From: Candidatus Hadarchaeum sp.
Lineage (GTDB): Archaea > Hadarchaeota > Hadarchaeia > Hadarchaeales > Hadarchaeaceae
Direction of reading: 5' to 3'
Length of the DNA stretch: 64,000 nucleotides
Assembly: GCF_038871235.1 (NCBI RefSeq)
Contig: NZ_JAVZIN010000004.1
Span: 1-64,000, forward strand
The notes beneath the pieces were generated by a model, which did not search any database, had not been told where the DNA came from, and was given only the letters and a program-made list of their open reading frames with translations. Shown here one piece after another: positions 40,166 to 51,731 of the stretch; within the stretch, counting starts at the first letter, position 1, and every line of letters begins with the position of its first letter. Both the position numbers and the translations under genes were made by a program.

Positions 40166-41959
40166 ATGCAGAAGCCCAGAGTCAGACAGCCGTTGATAGC
40201 GGTGCTGGGCCATGTCGACCACGGCAAAACATCTTTGCTGGATGCCATCAGAGGAACCAGAGTTGCCGCTAGGGAAGCCGGTGCGATTACTCAGCACGTT
40301 GGAGCCAGCGAGATACCTATAGATGCAATTAGGAAGATTTGCGGAAAACTTCTGGAGAGGCTTAAGATAGAGCTTACTCTGCCTGGTCTTCTTTTTATCG
40401 ACACACCGGGTCACGAAGCTTTCACCAATCTTCGCCGGAGAGGCGGCTCTCTTGCTGATCTCGCCACCCTTGTTATTGATATCAATGAGGGGTTTATGCC
40501 CCAGACGTTGGAATCTTTGACAATTTTAAGAACATACAAGACCCCCTTCATGGTAATCGCCAATAAGATAGATCTAATTCCTGGTTGGAAAGCGATTCCT
40601 CGTGCCTGTTTTTTGGAATCCTTTGCGAAACAACGCCCCGAGGTTCAACGTACACTGGATGAAAAAGTTTACGAACTCGTTGGGAAGTTGCACGAGCTAG
40701 GATTTGAATCTGAGAGGTTCGATCGGGTCAGCGATTTTCGCAGGCAAGTTTCTATAGTTCCCGCTAGCGCCAAGACTGGTGAGGGCATTGCGGAGATTTT
40801 AACCATTTTATCCGGACTTGCACAGAGGTATTTGGAGAAGGAGCTGATGGTTGAGGTGACCGGCCCTGGGCGAGGAACTGTTCTTGAAGTGAAGGAAGAG
40901 GTTGGGTTGGGTAAAACAATAGATGTGATAATATACGACGGTGTGGTGGCAAAGGGTGATCTTTTTGCGGTGGGCGGTCTGGATAAGGTGATCACTTCCA
41001 AGGTCAGATGCCTTCTTCAACCCAAGCCTCTTGATGAAATCCGAGATCCAGAGGATAGGTTCAATCAGGTTGAAATGGTTTACGCCGCCGCCGGGGTCAA
41101 GATTGCCGCGCCGAATCTTGAGGGAGTAGTGGCTGGTGCGCCTTTTTTAGTGATTAAAGATATAGCGGCGGCGGAAAAACTGTGGCAGGAAATGCAGCAG
41201 GAGCTGGAGCGCGTCAGGATAATTTCCGATGTAAATGGCGTGGTTTTAAAGGCCGATGCTTTGGGCTCTCTTGAAGCTCTAGAGGGCCAGCTAAAGGCAA
41301 AGGGAATACCGATTCGCAAAGCCGATGTCGGCGATGTTTCTCGGCGGGATGTTATTGAAGCAGCCACGGTTGGCAAGAGTGATCAGCTTCTGGCTGTGGT
41401 GTTGGCCTTTAACGTCAAGGTCTTGCCAGACGCCGTCTCCGAAGCCGAACGCGAGGGTGTTCAGATACTCCGGGATAATGTGATCTACAGGTTGCTGGAA
41501 CAGTACGAAAGTTGGGTGAAGAAAAAGAGTGAAGAAGTTAGGGCGAATCGCTTGCAGGGATTCGTCAGGCCTGGAAAAATCGTCATCAAACCCGGCTATG
41601 TTTTCAGGCGTAGCGATCCAGCCATAGTAGGAATCGATGTTTTAGGCGGCGTCATTAGGACAAAGGCTCCGTTGATGAATAAGGAGGGCAAGTCGATCGG
41701 GTCCATCCGTGAGCTGCAAAAGGACAAGAAACCTATTCAAGAAGCAAAGCTTGGCGATGAGCTGGCTGTCTCCATAGATGGGCCAATGATCGGGCGCCAA
41801 GTTCAAGAGGGAGATGTTTTATATACAGATGTACCAAGAGACCATGTGCTCGCACTGAGGAGAGATCTGCGTGATCTCCTTTCGGGTGATGAGCTTTCGG
41901 TGCTTGATGAGATAATCGCCATCAAGCAGAAAACAGATCCAACCTATGGAGTGATGTGA
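40166..41959 (+). CDS. infB: Translation initiation factor aIF5B (IF-2)
   Basis: [25 protein letters not shown]; no intein. Confidence 0.97.
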   Translation: MQKPRVRQPLIAVLGHVDHGKTSLLDAIRGTRVAAREAGAITQHVGASEIPIDAIRKICGKLLERLKIELTLPGLLFIDTPGHEAFTNLRRRGGSLADLATLVIDINEGFMPQTLESLTILRTYKTPFMVIANKIDLIPGWKAIPRACFLESFAKQRPEVQRTLDEKVYELVGKLHELGFESERFDRVSDFRRQVSIVPASAKTGEGIAEILTILSGLAQRYLEKELMVEVTGPGRGTVLEVKEEVGLGKTIDVIIYDGVVAKGDLFAVGGLDKVITSKVRCLLQPKPLDEIRDPEDRFNQVEMVYAAAGVKIAAPNLEGVVAGAPFLVIKDIAAAEKLWQEMQQELERVRIISDVNGVVLKADALGSLEALEGQLKAKGIPIRKADVGDVSRRDVIEAATVGKSDQLLAVVLAFNVKVLPDAVSEAEREGVQILRDNVIYRLLEQYESWVKKKSEEVRANRLQGFVRPGKIVIKPGYVFRRSDPAIVGIDVLGGVIRTKAPLMNKEGKSIGSIRELQKDKKPIQEAKLGDELAVSIDGPMIGRQVQEGDVLYTDVPRDHVLALRRDLRDLLSGDELSVLDEIIAIKQKTDPTYGVM

Positions 41960-42354
41960 TGCCGTTCAAAATGGTGGTTGCAGACCCGAAGACGGGGAGG
42001 AGTTATAAGCTGGAGGCTCGAGAGCCGGAGGCCCGCAAATTGATCGGATTTAGGATTGGAGATAAGTTCGATGGTGGGGTAGTGGGATTACCCGGCTATG
42101 AGCTTCAGATAACCGGGGGTACCGATCGAGATGGATTCCCAATGCGTCCAGACATTGCAGGTTCGGGGCGGGCCAGTGTTTTGCTGGCTAGAGGACCGGG
42201 TTTCTCACCAAAGAGACCCGGTGAACGCCGTAGAAAGATGGTGCGTGGCTCCAGAGTTTCTGAGGACATCGTACAGCTCAACGTAGTGATAACGAAGTGG
42301 GGTGAAAAGCCCGTTGAGGAGATAATTCAGCCTAAGGAGACAAAGCAGGGCTAA
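41956..42354 (+). CDS. rps6e: 30S ribosomal protein S6e
   Basis: ITGGTDRDGFPMR, GERRRKMVRG. Confidence 0.95.
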   Translation: MMPFKMVVADPKTGRSYKLEAREPEARKLIGFRIGDKFDGGVVGLPGYELQITGGTDRDGFPMRPDIAGSGRASVLLARGPGFSPKRPGERRRKMVRGSRVSEDIVQLNVVITKWGEKPVEEIIQPKETKQG

Positions 42355-42416
42355 CCGGTAACGGATTAAAATCACTGTGTTTTTAATGTGGGAGGAAAAC
42401 TTGAACAAGGTGGAAA

Positions 42417-43631
42417 ATGCCCCAAGCTGAAGTCAATATAGGTCTTGTGGGTCACGTTGATCATGGCAAGACGACGCTGACGGAAGCGCTTTCGGGTATC
42501 TGGACAGATGTTCACAGCGAGGAAATACGCCGCGGGATATCGATTCGCTTGGGTTACGCCGACACCTCTTTTTATAAGTGCAAGGAATGCGACCGGTACA
42601 CGACTAAGGAAAAATGTCCTTACTGTGGTGGTGCCACCCAGTTCCTGCGCCGTGTTTCTTTCGTTGACGCTCCAGGTCACGAGATGCTGATGGCCACCAT
42701 GATCTCAGGTGCTGCGATAATGGATGGTGCCATATTGGTTGTGGCGGCAAACGAGACTTGCCCGCAGCCGCAGACGAAGGAACACTTGATGGCATTGGAT
42801 ATAATTGGTGTGAAAAATATCGTTGTGGCTCAAAATAAAGTCGAGTTAGTTTCGCGCGAAAAGGCTCTTGAGAACTATAAGCAGATAAAAGAGTTCTTGG
42901 CGGGGACCCCAGCAAAGGATGCACCGATAATTCCCGTTTCAGCAATTCACAGGGCCAACATAGATAAGCTGATCGAGGCCATTGAAAAAGTGATTCCGAC
43001 TCCAAAACGTGATGAGACCAAGCCAGCTCGCATGTATGTGGCTAGGTCTTTCGACGTTAATCGTCCGGGGACGAGGCCGGAGAATCTCCGCGGCGGTGTC
43101 GTGGGAGGGTCTTTACAACAGGGAAAGCTCAAGGTTGGAGATGAAATAGAACTCAAACCAGGCATAAAGATAACCCGGGAGGGCCGGACAGCCTGGCAGT
43201 CTTTAGTTTCAAGGGTGGTTAGCCTGCATGCGATGGACAGCCCCCTGGAGGAGGCCAAGCCGGGCGGGTTAATCGGCGTTGGCACTCTGCTGGATCCCTC
43301 ACTAACAAAGGGCGACTCACTCGTGGGCTCGGTTTTGGGCCTGCCTGGGTCACTCCCTGAAGTTCTCACCTCGCTGGAGCTGGATGTCAATCTTATGAAG
43401 CGCGTCGTTGGTTTGGAGGAGGAGTTGGAAATAAAGCCTCTAGTTACCGGCGAGGTTCTCATGTTGAATGTAGGCACGACCATGACTGTAGGTACAGTCG
43501 TAAGTGCAAGAGGAGATAAAGCTACAGTCAGGCTCAAGTTGCCGGTGTGTGTGGAAATCGGCGCGCGGGCAGCCCTGAGCCGCAGGATTGCCGGCAGGTG
43601 GCGTCTTGTTGGGTATGGTATCATCAAGTGA
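42417..43631 (+). CDS. eif2g: Translation initiation factor aIF2 gamma subunit
   Basis: [18 protein letters not shown], Zn knuckle, DAPGHE, QNK, PGGLIG, WRLVGYG. Confidence 0.97.
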   Translation: MPQAEVNIGLVGHVDHGKTTLTEALSGIWTDVHSEEIRRGISIRLGYADTSFYKCKECDRYTTKEKCPYCGGATQFLRRVSFVDAPGHEMLMATMISGAAIMDGAILVVAANETCPQPQTKEHLMALDIIGVKNIVVAQNKVELVSREKALENYKQIKEFLAGTPAKDAPIIPVSAIHRANIDKLIEAIEKVIPTPKRDETKPARMYVARSFDVNRPGTRPENLRGGVVGGSLQQGKLKVGDEIELKPGIKITREGRTAWQSLVSRVVSLHAMDSPLEEAKPGGLIGVGTLLDPSLTKGDSLVGSVLGLPGSLPEVLTSLELDVNLMKRVVGLEEELEIKPLVTGEVLMLNVGTTMTVGTVVSARGDKATVRLKLPVCVEIGARAALSRRIAGRWRLVGYGIIK

Positions 43632-44025
43632 CGGAAGAATTCTTCAGGTAATTGCAGATACAAGTTTTCTCATGATTCCGGGTATGTTCGGGATTGACGT
43701 TTTTAGAGAACTAGATAGACTGCTTGATCGTTCTTATGAACTTCTGGTACCCAGCCCAGTGGTTTCGGAGCTCGAGAGGATCTCTAGGCAGGGTAAACCT
43801 AAAGAGAGATTGGCAGCAAAACTGGGCCTTACCTTAATCAAGCGCGGTTCTGTTATCGATGTCGGAGGAGAGGCGGATGAGTCAATAGTTAAGCTTGCTA
43901 CGGAGAGGAAATGTATGGTTGGGACCTCCGACTTGGACCTCCGAAAGAAACTTCGTTCCCGCGGGATTGACGTAATCTATTTAAGGGGTAAGTCACACCT
44001 TGCTTTAAATAGTCATTTAGGGTGA
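43615..44025 (+). CDS. PIN-domain protein (Fcf1/Utp24-like)
   Basis: [26 protein letters not shown]; conserved position after eif2g; start uncertain. Confidence 0.85.
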   Translation: MVSSSDGRILQVIADTSFLMIPGMFGIDVFRELDRLLDRSYELLVPSPVVSELERISRQGKPKERLAAKLGLTLIKRGSVIDVGGEADESIVKLATERKCMVGTSDLDLRKKLRSRGIDVIYLRGKSHLALNSHLG

Positions 44026-44029
44026 AATC

Positions 44030-46003
44030 TTGTCGCTGGAAATTTTGCCGTTGTTGGCAGCGATGGCAGCAATTGCGGTGGCGGCTATATCGGCACGCGT
44101 TGTTTTGAAAGAAGATCAAGGTTCCCAGCGGGTCAGGGAGATCGCTGGCGCTATACAAGAGGGTGCCTCGGCCTTTTTGAGAAGGCAGTACACCACCATT
44201 TGGATTGTGATTATCATCATTGCCGGACTTCTTTTTGTTGCCCCTGGCTGGGGTTGGCAGGCGTCCCTCGTCTATGTGGGGGGGGCGCTATCATCAACCG
44301 CAGCTGGTTTCATAGGGATGTCCATCGCCGTTAGAGCCAACTCCCGGACAGCCACAGCCGCACTCACCGGCATCAGCAAGGCTTTAAAAGTTGCTTTTCG
44401 CGGCGGGCTGGTAATGGGTATGTCAGTAGTTGGCATAGGTTTGCTTGGCATCTTTTTGTGTTTTTCTTGGCTGGGCAATCCAACCTTGGTTCTCCCTTAC
44501 AGCTTCGGAGCCAGCACGGTTGCGCTGTTCGCGCGCGTTGGCGGCGGGATTTTCACCAAGACAGCCGATGTTGGTGCAGATTTAGTAGGTAAGGTTGAGA
44601 AGGGCATACCTGAGGACGATCCGAGGAACCCAGCTGTGATCGCTGACAACGTAGGCGACAATGTTGGTGATGTTGCTGGGATGGGGGCCGATCTTTTCGA
44701 ATCATATGTTGCCAGCACTGTGGCGGCGATGATAGTGGGTCTGGTTACCTATGGTTCTAATGGGATTCTGTTACCCCTGCTGATATCCGCTTTGGGAATA
44801 GTTGCCTCGATAATCAGCGTTCCCTTTGTTCGCGTCCGCGAGGGTAAAAACCCGAGCTATGCTCTAAACACCGCGACGATAGTTTCGGTTGTCGTTACGG
44901 CCATCTTTGCTATTTTAATCTCCTCAAATATTTTCGGCTGGGCAATTGGGTGGAAGTTATTTATCGCCGTTTTGGTCGGGCTGATCTCCGGTCTCGTCAT
45001 TGGCCTCACCTCAGATTACTTCACCAACAACCTCCACAGGCCGTCCCAGCTGATAGCTGAGTCGGACCAATCGGGAACCGCTATTGGAATACTGACTGGA
45101 TTTTCCTACGGGCTGGTTAGCACCTTTCTACCCATCATTTCAATAGCGGTGGCGGTGGTGATTGCCTTCATCGCTGCGGGTTTCTATGGGATTTGTCTGG
45201 CAGGGGTTGGAATGCTTGCCGTTACTGGTATTGTGGTTGCATCTGACGCCTATGGCCCAGTAGCCGACAATGCCGGCGGAATTGTAGAGCAGTCGGGTAT
45301 GTCCGAGGAAGTCAGAAAAGTGACTGACTCTCTCGACTCGGTGGGGAACACCACAAAGGCGATATGCAAAGGTTTTGCAATAGGTTCGGCCGCGCTGACA
45401 GCGGTGGCACTGTTTGCGACTTATCAGGAGGTTTCTAAAGTTTTGAGCTTGGATCTGTTGAATCCAAACGTGATGGCGGGGGTCTTCATCGGCGCCGGCG
45501 TCGTGGCACTTTTCTCCGCTTTAGTGATTTTGGCTGTAGGCAGGAATGCCTTTAAGATGGTTGAAGAGGTCAGAAGGCAGTTCAAGGAAATACCAGGGTT
45601 GATAGAAGGCAAAGCCAAGCCAGACTACGCTAGGTGTGTTGACATTGCTACAAAGGGAGCATTAAAGGAACTGATGGGTCCGGGCGTGCTGGCTTTGGCA
45701 ATACCGATTGTAGTCGGCTTGGTGCTGGGCAAGGCCGCATTAGGTGGCTTCTTGGCGGGCAGCATCGTTACTGGGCTCATTTTTGGTTTGCTCATGGCCA
45801 ATGCCGGCGGTGCTTGGGATAATGCCAAGAAATATATTGAGATGGGCCACTTCGGTGGTAAGGGCACTCCCACACACGCCGCCGCTGTAGTCGGCGACAC
45901 TGTCGGCGATCCTTTCAAGGATACTGCGGGACCTTCGCTGAATATTCTGATAAAGCTGATGTCGATGGTTGCTCTGATCGCGGTGCCGATGTTGTTAATG
46001 TAG
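44030..46003 (+). CDS. hppA: Membrane-bound pyrophosphatase, K+-independent H+-pumping type
   Basis: [53 protein letters not shown]. Confidence 0.93.
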   Translation: MSLEILPLLAAMAAIAVAAISARVVLKEDQGSQRVREIAGAIQEGASAFLRRQYTTIWIVIIIIAGLLFVAPGWGWQASLVYVGGALSSTAAGFIGMSIAVRANSRTATAALTGISKALKVAFRGGLVMGMSVVGIGLLGIFLCFSWLGNPTLVLPYSFGASTVALFARVGGGIFTKTADVGADLVGKVEKGIPEDDPRNPAVIADNVGDNVGDVAGMGADLFESYVASTVAAMIVGLVTYGSNGILLPLLISALGIVASIISVPFVRVREGKNPSYALNTATIVSVVVTAIFAILISSNIFGWAIGWKLFIAVLVGLISGLVIGLTSDYFTNNLHRPSQLIAESDQSGTAIGILTGFSYGLVSTFLPIISIAVAVVIAFIAAGFYGICLAGVGMLAVTGIVVASDAYGPVADNAGGIVEQSGMSEEVRKVTDSLDSVGNTTKAICKGFAIGSAALTAVALFATYQEVSKVLSLDLLNPNVMAGVFIGAGVVALFSALVILAVGRNAFKMVEEVRRQFKEIPGLIEGKAKPDYARCVDIATKGALKELMGPGVLALAIPIVVGLVLGKAALGGFLAGSIVTGLIFGLLMANAGGAWDNAKKYIEMGHFGGKGTPTHAAAVVGDTVGDPFKDTAGPSLNILIKLMSMVALIAVPMLLM

Positions 46004-46160
46004 CTTGACTGTTATTTTTATTGAAGATGAATGAAAACACTTTTTTTCAGGGGTGAGGTTGGTTTAGAGTTTATAAGGAAAAAGAGGGTAAAGAATAGAG
46101 GTGCCGGGGTGGCCTTCGGCTTTTACTCTGGCGTCAAAACTAGTAGGTTTAGGTGGAATC

Positions 46161-46715
46161 GTGTATAAACTCCTGACGATTGAAGACACTGTCCGTGTGC
46201 CGCCAAATAGGTTTTCCGAGAAGCTAGAGGATGTTGTTTTGGACATTCTGAGGAAAAACTATGGCGGAATCACAGATAAGGATGTGGGGATGGTCTTGGT
46301 GGTCACGAAGGTATTGGATATCTCCATAGGCCGCATTATAATGGGCGACGGCGCCAGCTATCACGACGTTACTTTTGAGGCCTTGGTGTACAAGCCGGAA
46401 ATAAATGAAATTGCAATGGGTGAAATAGTGGAAATAGTTGAGTTTGGCGCTTTTGTCAGGCTAGGTCCAATTGATGGGCTGGTTCACGTTTCCCAGGTGA
46501 TGAACGATTTTGTTGGTTATGATAAAAAGAAGGGAGTTCTCTACGGAAAGGAGTCCAAACGTTCGGTGAAGGAGGGGGATAAGGTCAGGGCACGCATAGT
46601 TACCGTCAGTCTCAAGCGGGGAACAAAGGCTGGAAAGATCGGCCTTACCATGCGCCAGCCGGGGCTGGGCAAGCTTGAGTGGATTGAAGAGGCTAGGAAG
46701 GAGGCTAAAGCTTGA
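46161..46715 (+). CDS. rpoE1: RNA polymerase subunit E' (Rpo7)
   Basis: VRVPP, GDGA, EFGAFVRLGPIDGLVHVSQ, IGLTMRQPGLGK. Confidence 0.96.
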   Translation: MYKLLTIEDTVRVPPNRFSEKLEDVVLDILRKNYGGITDKDVGMVLVVTKVLDISIGRIIMGDGASYHDVTFEALVYKPEINEIAMGEIVEIVEFGAFVRLGPIDGLVHVSQVMNDFVGYDKKKGVLYGKESKRSVKEGDKVRARIVTVSLKRGTKAGKIGLTMRQPGLGKLEWIEEARKEAKA

Positions 46716-46897
46716 AGTTGCTTGCCTGTCGCAACTGCAATTATATCACTGAGTCCAGCACCTGTCCCAACTGTGGCGGTGCCTCACTCTCTGAAGATTG
46801 GGCAGGCTATGTGATAGTACTGGATGTTGAGGGCTCGGAGATAGCTAAGAGGCTCAACATCACCAAACCGGGAAAATATGCCTTGAAAGTTAGGTAA
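46712..46897 (+). CDS. spt4: Transcription elongation factor Spt4 (RpoE'')
   Basis: ACRNC...CPNCG, SEIAKRL, PGKYALKVR. Confidence 0.95.
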   Translation: MKLLACRNCNYITESSTCPNCGGASLSEDWAGYVIVLDVEGSEIAKRLNITKPGKYALKVR

Positions 46898-47237
46898 ATC
46901 CTATTCAGAGCATAATTTTTGAGGCGTGAATTTTCGCCAGCGACAGAATTTTTTTATGAAAATTTGATGAATGATGTTTTGACGTGAGGTGGCTTTGTCA
47001 AATACTCCAATTAAGTTGTGTTCGCTGAGACATAACTTTCGTTTTGGTTAGCCCGACAACCTGTGTTGCGTTAGATGGCTTACTTTTCCTAACAAGTATT
47101 TTCAGTCTGCTTTTAGTGATTTTCCCCATCTCACAGTTCACTAGTTCTCGTTCGGCTGTTGTGATCTCAAGACCTGCGGCTTCCGCAGTTGTCGGCTTAT
47201 CCTCCACCTAATAGCGTTTTCCAGATCCGCTAAATAT

Positions 47238-48875
47238 TTACTCCAAATCGATTTCAAAGACAGAGACCGGATGTTCTAATTCGAAGCCGATGATTACCTC
47301 AGGATGCAGCTCCCCAACAACACCGATTTTTTTGCCCTCAGTGAGGAATTCTGCAACTCTGCCATCAATGAAGCTGGGGTGCGAAGAGGCTTTTACCTCC
47401 CATCTTTTTCCAAGTTCCCTGAGTACCGCTTCCGCGGCGGCTTTTATATAAGTAAACCCAAAGCCCTCGCCTGCAACTGCCGAGGCCGCTCTTCTCACAT
47501 TTCTGGCCCCAGTTTCGGATTTTTCATCAAGCAACACCACATCACCGATCTCAAAAATTTTTTGTGGCAGCGGGTTTCTGCGGTTTTTCTTCAGTACCAA
47601 CAACAAGGACGGAATCAAGGAATCCCTAAGTATCGTGTACTCTTCGGAAATAGGGTTGGCTATTTCTACGGCTTCCCCCTTCAACCTCATAAGGTCAAAG
47701 TTGACTTTGGGATTGGTCAGCGTGTAGGTCATCACTTCCATAAAATTCAATCCGGTGAGAACCCGCCTCGCTTTTTCGCTGATTTTTTCAATAGGTGCAC
47801 GTTCTCCGATAGTTAAAACCTTCGGAAGCGTTGGCTCAAGCTTGTCGTATCCGTATCCTATTGCTATGTCCTCAATGATATCTATTTCGTGCATGATGTC
47901 GCAGCGGTAGGGCGGAATTAGTAGTCTCAGCTTGGCCCCGTTGATTTTTTCCACCCCGTAACGCATTGCCATCGCTAGTTTAGCGATCTGTTTTGAGTTG
48001 AGATCGATACCTATAGTTTTCTTCGCATTGCTGACGTTGAGGTTCAATTTGCTTGGCTTTAAGTTCGGGGTAGTGACCCGCCTCTTAGGATATTTTACCA
48101 CAACGGTTTCTAGGGTAAATCCTCTTTCCCCCAATCCAGCCATAATTATCGTGAGTGCTTGGTTAACGGCTCGCTCGTCATGTCCGGTAACGTCGATAAA
48201 GAGTGAATCCGTTTTTTCAGTCACCCGCGTGTCCTCACTGTTGATTATTGGGGGCAGAGATAGCACCGTTCCTCGTCCGTCGATCAACAGCGGATATCTT
48301 GGCAGCCCCTGAAGCAAAGACCCGTATTCAATCCCTTTTGGATGCTCGTGAAGTATTTCCATAGGGGTAAGCTCGCGCCCGAAGTCAAGCGGCAAGAAGC
48401 GGATGCCTTCCGGTGTTGTGGTGGTGTATATCACATGAGGGGCGATGGTTTTGAGATCATAGATGCCGATAGATGCTTTTTCTCGTTTTCTGCCCAGCGA
48501 TGCGTGCAGTTTTTCTTGAACCTGCATAATTGAGGCGACAATGTCGTCTGTCATTTTTACGTTGCTAACGGCACCGGCGGCTATAAACGGTCGAATCGAT
48601 TCAACGCTGGGGTCGACTTCAACGGTGATGTTTGATGGCTTGGTTCTGTATCTTGGTAGGCCGGTTTCAATACGGAGAAATCCCTTAAGGACCCTAGCGA
48701 CCCCCTCGCAGCTCAAGAGATCAGGACGATTGTGGGCGATTTCTATTTTAATCTCGTCACCATTTGCTTCAGCTTCCATCCCCAGCATCCCCAGCCGCTC
48801 GCAAAGTCTGTCGATCTCAATAGTTTTACCAAGCAGGCCGCAGAGATCACGGTAGCTGATGCTGATGGATGGCAC
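47238..48875 (-). CDS. pheT: Phenylalanyl-tRNA synthetase beta subunit
   Basis: NRPDLLSCEG, PPIINS, PPYRCDIMHEIDIIEDIAIGYGY; GTG start 48875. Confidence 0.95.
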   Translation of the reverse strand: MPSISISYRDLCGLLGKTIEIDRLCERLGMLGMEAEANGDEIKIEIAHNRPDLLSCEGVARVLKGFLRIETGLPRYRTKPSNITVEVDPSVESIRPFIAAGAVSNVKMTDDIVASIMQVQEKLHASLGRKREKASIGIYDLKTIAPHVIYTTTTPEGIRFLPLDFGRELTPMEILHEHPKGIEYGSLLQGLPRYPLLIDGRGTVLSLPPIINSEDTRVTEKTDSLFIDVTGHDERAVNQALTIIMAGLGERGFTLETVVVKYPKRRVTTPNLKPSKLNLNVSNAKKTIGIDLNSKQIAKLAMAMRYGVEKINGAKLRLLIPPYRCDIMHEIDIIEDIAIGYGYDKLEPTLPKVLTIGERAPIEKISEKARRVLTGLNFMEVMTYTLTNPKVNFDLMRLKGEAVEIANPISEEYTILRDSLIPSLLLVLKKNRRNPLPQKIFEIGDVVLLDEKSETGARNVRRAASAVAGEGFGFTYIKAAAEAVLRELGKRWEVKASSHPSFIDGRVAEFLTEGKKIGVVGELHPEVIIGFELEHPVSVFEIDLE

Positions 48876-50410
48876 TAGATCATCCTCCTCGCTTGAAGCC
48901 AGCTGATGTCGTTGTTGTAAAGGTCCCGGATGTCGTCGATACCAAGCCTTATCATGCTCAGACGCGAGAATCCGATTCCCCAGGCTAGAACGGGATATCG
49001 GATGCCAAGTGGGCGAAGAAGTTCTGGCCTGAACATTCCAGCTCCCAGCGCTTCCAGCCACTCTCTCTTCTCAGGGAAGTAAACGTCCGCCTCAACTGAA
49101 GGTTCAGTGTAGGGGAAGTAGCCGGGCCTGAATCTTATTTTGGGCAAACCGAGCTTGACCATGATTTGCTTCAGATAGCCGAGCATGTCGCGCAGCGTGA
49201 GGTCCTTATCCATAACTATCCCTTCGGCTTGATAGAATTCTGCCAAATGTTTGTAGTCGATCTTTTCATGTCTGTAGACCCTATCGATACAGAAGACCTT
49301 TATGGGTGGATCAGGATGTGTTGAAAGATATCTGACGGTGGCAGCGGTTGTTTGCGAGCAAAGCACGGTTCTGTGACTAATCTCGGTGTTGAACTTATAT
49401 CCCCAGCCGGTAGAACCCGCTACGCCGCGCTCATGTGCTTTAGCCACACGGTTTAGTAGGTCAGGGGGAGGGAGATGGGCCCGTTTTGGTTTTGCTAGAG
49501 AAAAGCTGTCGTGAATTTCTCTGGCAGGATGATTTTGGGCTTGGAACAGGGCATCGAAGTTCCAGAACTCCGACTCCACTATCCTGCTTTTTATTTCCAC
49601 GAATCCCATTTCTAAGAGAATCTCCCGAAGCTCGTCGATTATCTGTTGTAGTGGGTGCGCTTTTCCCGGGTAGATGGGGACTCCAGGTGCGACCACATCA
49701 TATTTTTTCAACCTGACTTCTCGCCATCTACCGCTCAATAGCATCTCTCGGGTCAGTTCACTTACCTCTTCAACTAGCTCAATACCCATTTCAAGTGTTT
49801 GTCTGCCAAGATCAGATAGTTTCAATTCTCGCCTGATCTCTTCTTTTATTTCCACCAATTTTCTTTCTTTGAGTAAGCGCAGCAGTTCTCTATTCTCCTC
49901 AGAGAGTTCCTCCAAATCATGTTCCTTGGAGGCGAGCGATTCAAGCAATTTCTCATCAGCGGATATTTGGGTGAGAGCCTTTTCCCCACCTTCAGTAATT
50001 TTCAAGAATGTTTTTCCATTTTTTTTGACGAAGTTAATCCAACCCCGTCGCTTGAGCCAAGTGATTGCGATATTTTTCAGTTCTGCTTCCAAGCCAGCGC
50101 GGTTGGCTGCTTCTTCCACGGTGGCACAGCCAGATTCGGAAAGCGCCTGCAGCATTCTTCTCTCGGGAAGGCCACGGCGTGCGTAGTCATGACCTTCCGG
50201 AGTAAGCGTAATTTTTGATATTTTTTTCTCATCAATTTCCACCAAGCCCATTTCAGAGAGACTGAGAACGGCCCGCATGATGGTGGCTTGGTCAAATCCC
50301 GTTAGCTGAGCCATTCGTTCGACCGTGGAAGCACCGCTCACCTGCGCCAGCCCAAGCATCAGCTTTTTTTCATGGAAACTCATTTTTTCAATGATTTTTT
50401 CCAAGTTCAT
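48875..50410 (-). CDS. pheS: Phenylalanyl-tRNA synthetase alpha subunit
   Basis: FWNFDALF, HPARE, FPYTEPS, GAGMFRPE, AWG. Confidence 0.96.
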   Translation of the reverse strand: MNLEKIIEKMSFHEKKLMLGLAQVSGASTVERMAQLTGFDQATIMRAVLSLSEMGLVEIDEKKISKITLTPEGHDYARRGLPERRMLQALSESGCATVEEAANRAGLEAELKNIAITWLKRRGWINFVKKNGKTFLKITEGGEKALTQISADEKLLESLASKEHDLEELSEENRELLRLLKERKLVEIKEEIRRELKLSDLGRQTLEMGIELVEEVSELTREMLLSGRWREVRLKKYDVVAPGVPIYPGKAHPLQQIIDELREILLEMGFVEIKSRIVESEFWNFDALFQAQNHPAREIHDSFSLAKPKRAHLPPPDLLNRVAKAHERGVAGSTGWGYKFNTEISHRTVLCSQTTAATVRYLSTHPDPPIKVFCIDRVYRHEKIDYKHLAEFYQAEGIVMDKDLTLRDMLGYLKQIMVKLGLPKIRFRPGYFPYTEPSVEADVYFPEKREWLEALGAGMFRPELLRPLGIRYPVLAWGIGFSRLSMIRLGIDDIRDLYNNDISWLQARRMI

Positions 50411-50543
50411 TTTCAGTATCCCTCAGAGAAACAAGGAAAGTGGGAGTTATGAGGATTGCGGATGGGGGTATACCGCGTCAAACCATGGTATTCTTTTTCG
50501 TGGAGGTTTTGGTTTAAAGGCTAAAAGGAGCCCTTTAATTGAT

Positions 50544-51668
50544 ATGGGTGAGGCTGGGAGCCTGAAAAAATTGGGTTTTGTGGTCAATCCCATCGCAGGC
50601 ATGGGTGGAAGGGTCGGCTTGAAGGGCACAGATGGTCCGGAGATTCTGGCCAGAGCTCGCGAGTTAGGTGCCGAGCCGGTGGCGCCCATTAGAGCAGTAA
50701 GATTTTTGCATGCACTTAAAAAGTTCTCATCCGAGTTAATGATATTGAGTTATCCTGCTGAGATGGGCGAGAATGAGGCCAAAGAGGCGGAATTGGAGCC
50801 GAGAGTCATCGGGAGGATAACGTCCGGCAGTACCACATCGGAGGACACCAAACGGGCGGCTCGGGAAATGCTTGCGGAAAAGGTTGATCTCTTGGTTTTT
50901 GCAGGAGGTGATGGCACCGCTGCGGATATCCTTTCGGCAGTTGATTCCAAGGTGCCGATCTTAGGGGTGCCCACCGGGGTTAAAATGCACTCGGCAGTAT
51001 TTGCCAATACACCCGAAGCCGCAGCCGAGGTTGCCGCGCGGTTTTTACTCTATGGATTGCCACTTCGCGAGGCGGAAGTGATGGACATTGATGAGGATGA
51101 GTTTCGCAAGGGCCGGTTGGTTGCAAGATTGATAGGTTATGGCATGGTGCCCTATGAACCTATGATGGTCCAGTCCACGAAAGAGGGAAGCACGGGTCAT
51201 GAACTGGCCGATCAGAAGGCAATCGCCCGCTGGGTAGTTGAGATGATGGAAAAGGAGCACGTCTACATACTCGGCCCCGGAACCACCACCCGGGCGGTTG
51301 CGGAAGAACTGGGGATTTACGATTCAACCCTGCTGGGAGTTGATTTAATTGAAGATTACCGGCTTTTGGCTAAGGACGTTAATGAAGCCATGATTTTGGA
51401 TGCCATCAGGAACAAACCAGCGACGATAATCGTTAGCCCCATAGGAAGGCAGGGGTTTATTTTGGGTAGAGGAAATTTACAGCTCTCCCCGAGGCTGTTG
51501 AGGAAGGTGGGTAAAAAGAACCTTTGGGTACTTTCAACTCCCCAAAAACTGGCGATCACACCCACGCTGAAGGTCGACACTGGTGATGTTGACCTCGATG
51601 AGGAGTTTCGTGGTTATATCAAGGTGATCACGGGCTACAGACAGTCGAAGATGGTGAAAGTGGTCTGA
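50544..51668 (+). CDS. ATP-NAD kinase family protein
   Basis: NPIAGMGGRVGLKGTDG, GGDGT, GVKMHSAVF, GRGNLQ; ATG 50544. Confidence 0.85.
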   Translation: MGEAGSLKKLGFVVNPIAGMGGRVGLKGTDGPEILARARELGAEPVAPIRAVRFLHALKKFSSELMILSYPAEMGENEAKEAELEPRVIGRITSGSTTSEDTKRAAREMLAEKVDLLVFAGGDGTAADILSAVDSKVPILGVPTGVKMHSAVFANTPEAAAEVAARFLLYGLPLREAEVMDIDEDEFRKGRLVARLIGYGMVPYEPMMVQSTKEGSTGHELADQKAIARWVVEMMEKEHVYILGPGTTTRAVAEELGIYDSTLLGVDLIEDYRLLAKDVNEAMILDAIRNKPATIIVSPIGRQGFILGRGNLQLSPRLLRKVGKKNLWVLSTPQKLAITPTLKVDTGDVDLDEEFRGYIKVITGYRQSKMVKVV

Positions 51669-51731
51669 ATGAATTTCCCCCCTAAAAAGCAGGTTTATAA
51701 GCCGGTGGCCGGTGAAATATTTAACTTGTAA

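Noticed and set aside
14260-41959. Possible inteins in MCM, DP2, Cdc6 or aIF5B
   Set aside because: Lengths are normal, motifs are contiguous and no splicing signatures are seen.
46898-47237. 69-aa minus ORF (46998-47207), an 18-codon plus ORF after GAGGTG, and loose box C/D words
   Set aside because: No recognisable motifs and guide spacing does not fit a C/D sRNA; none can be supported.
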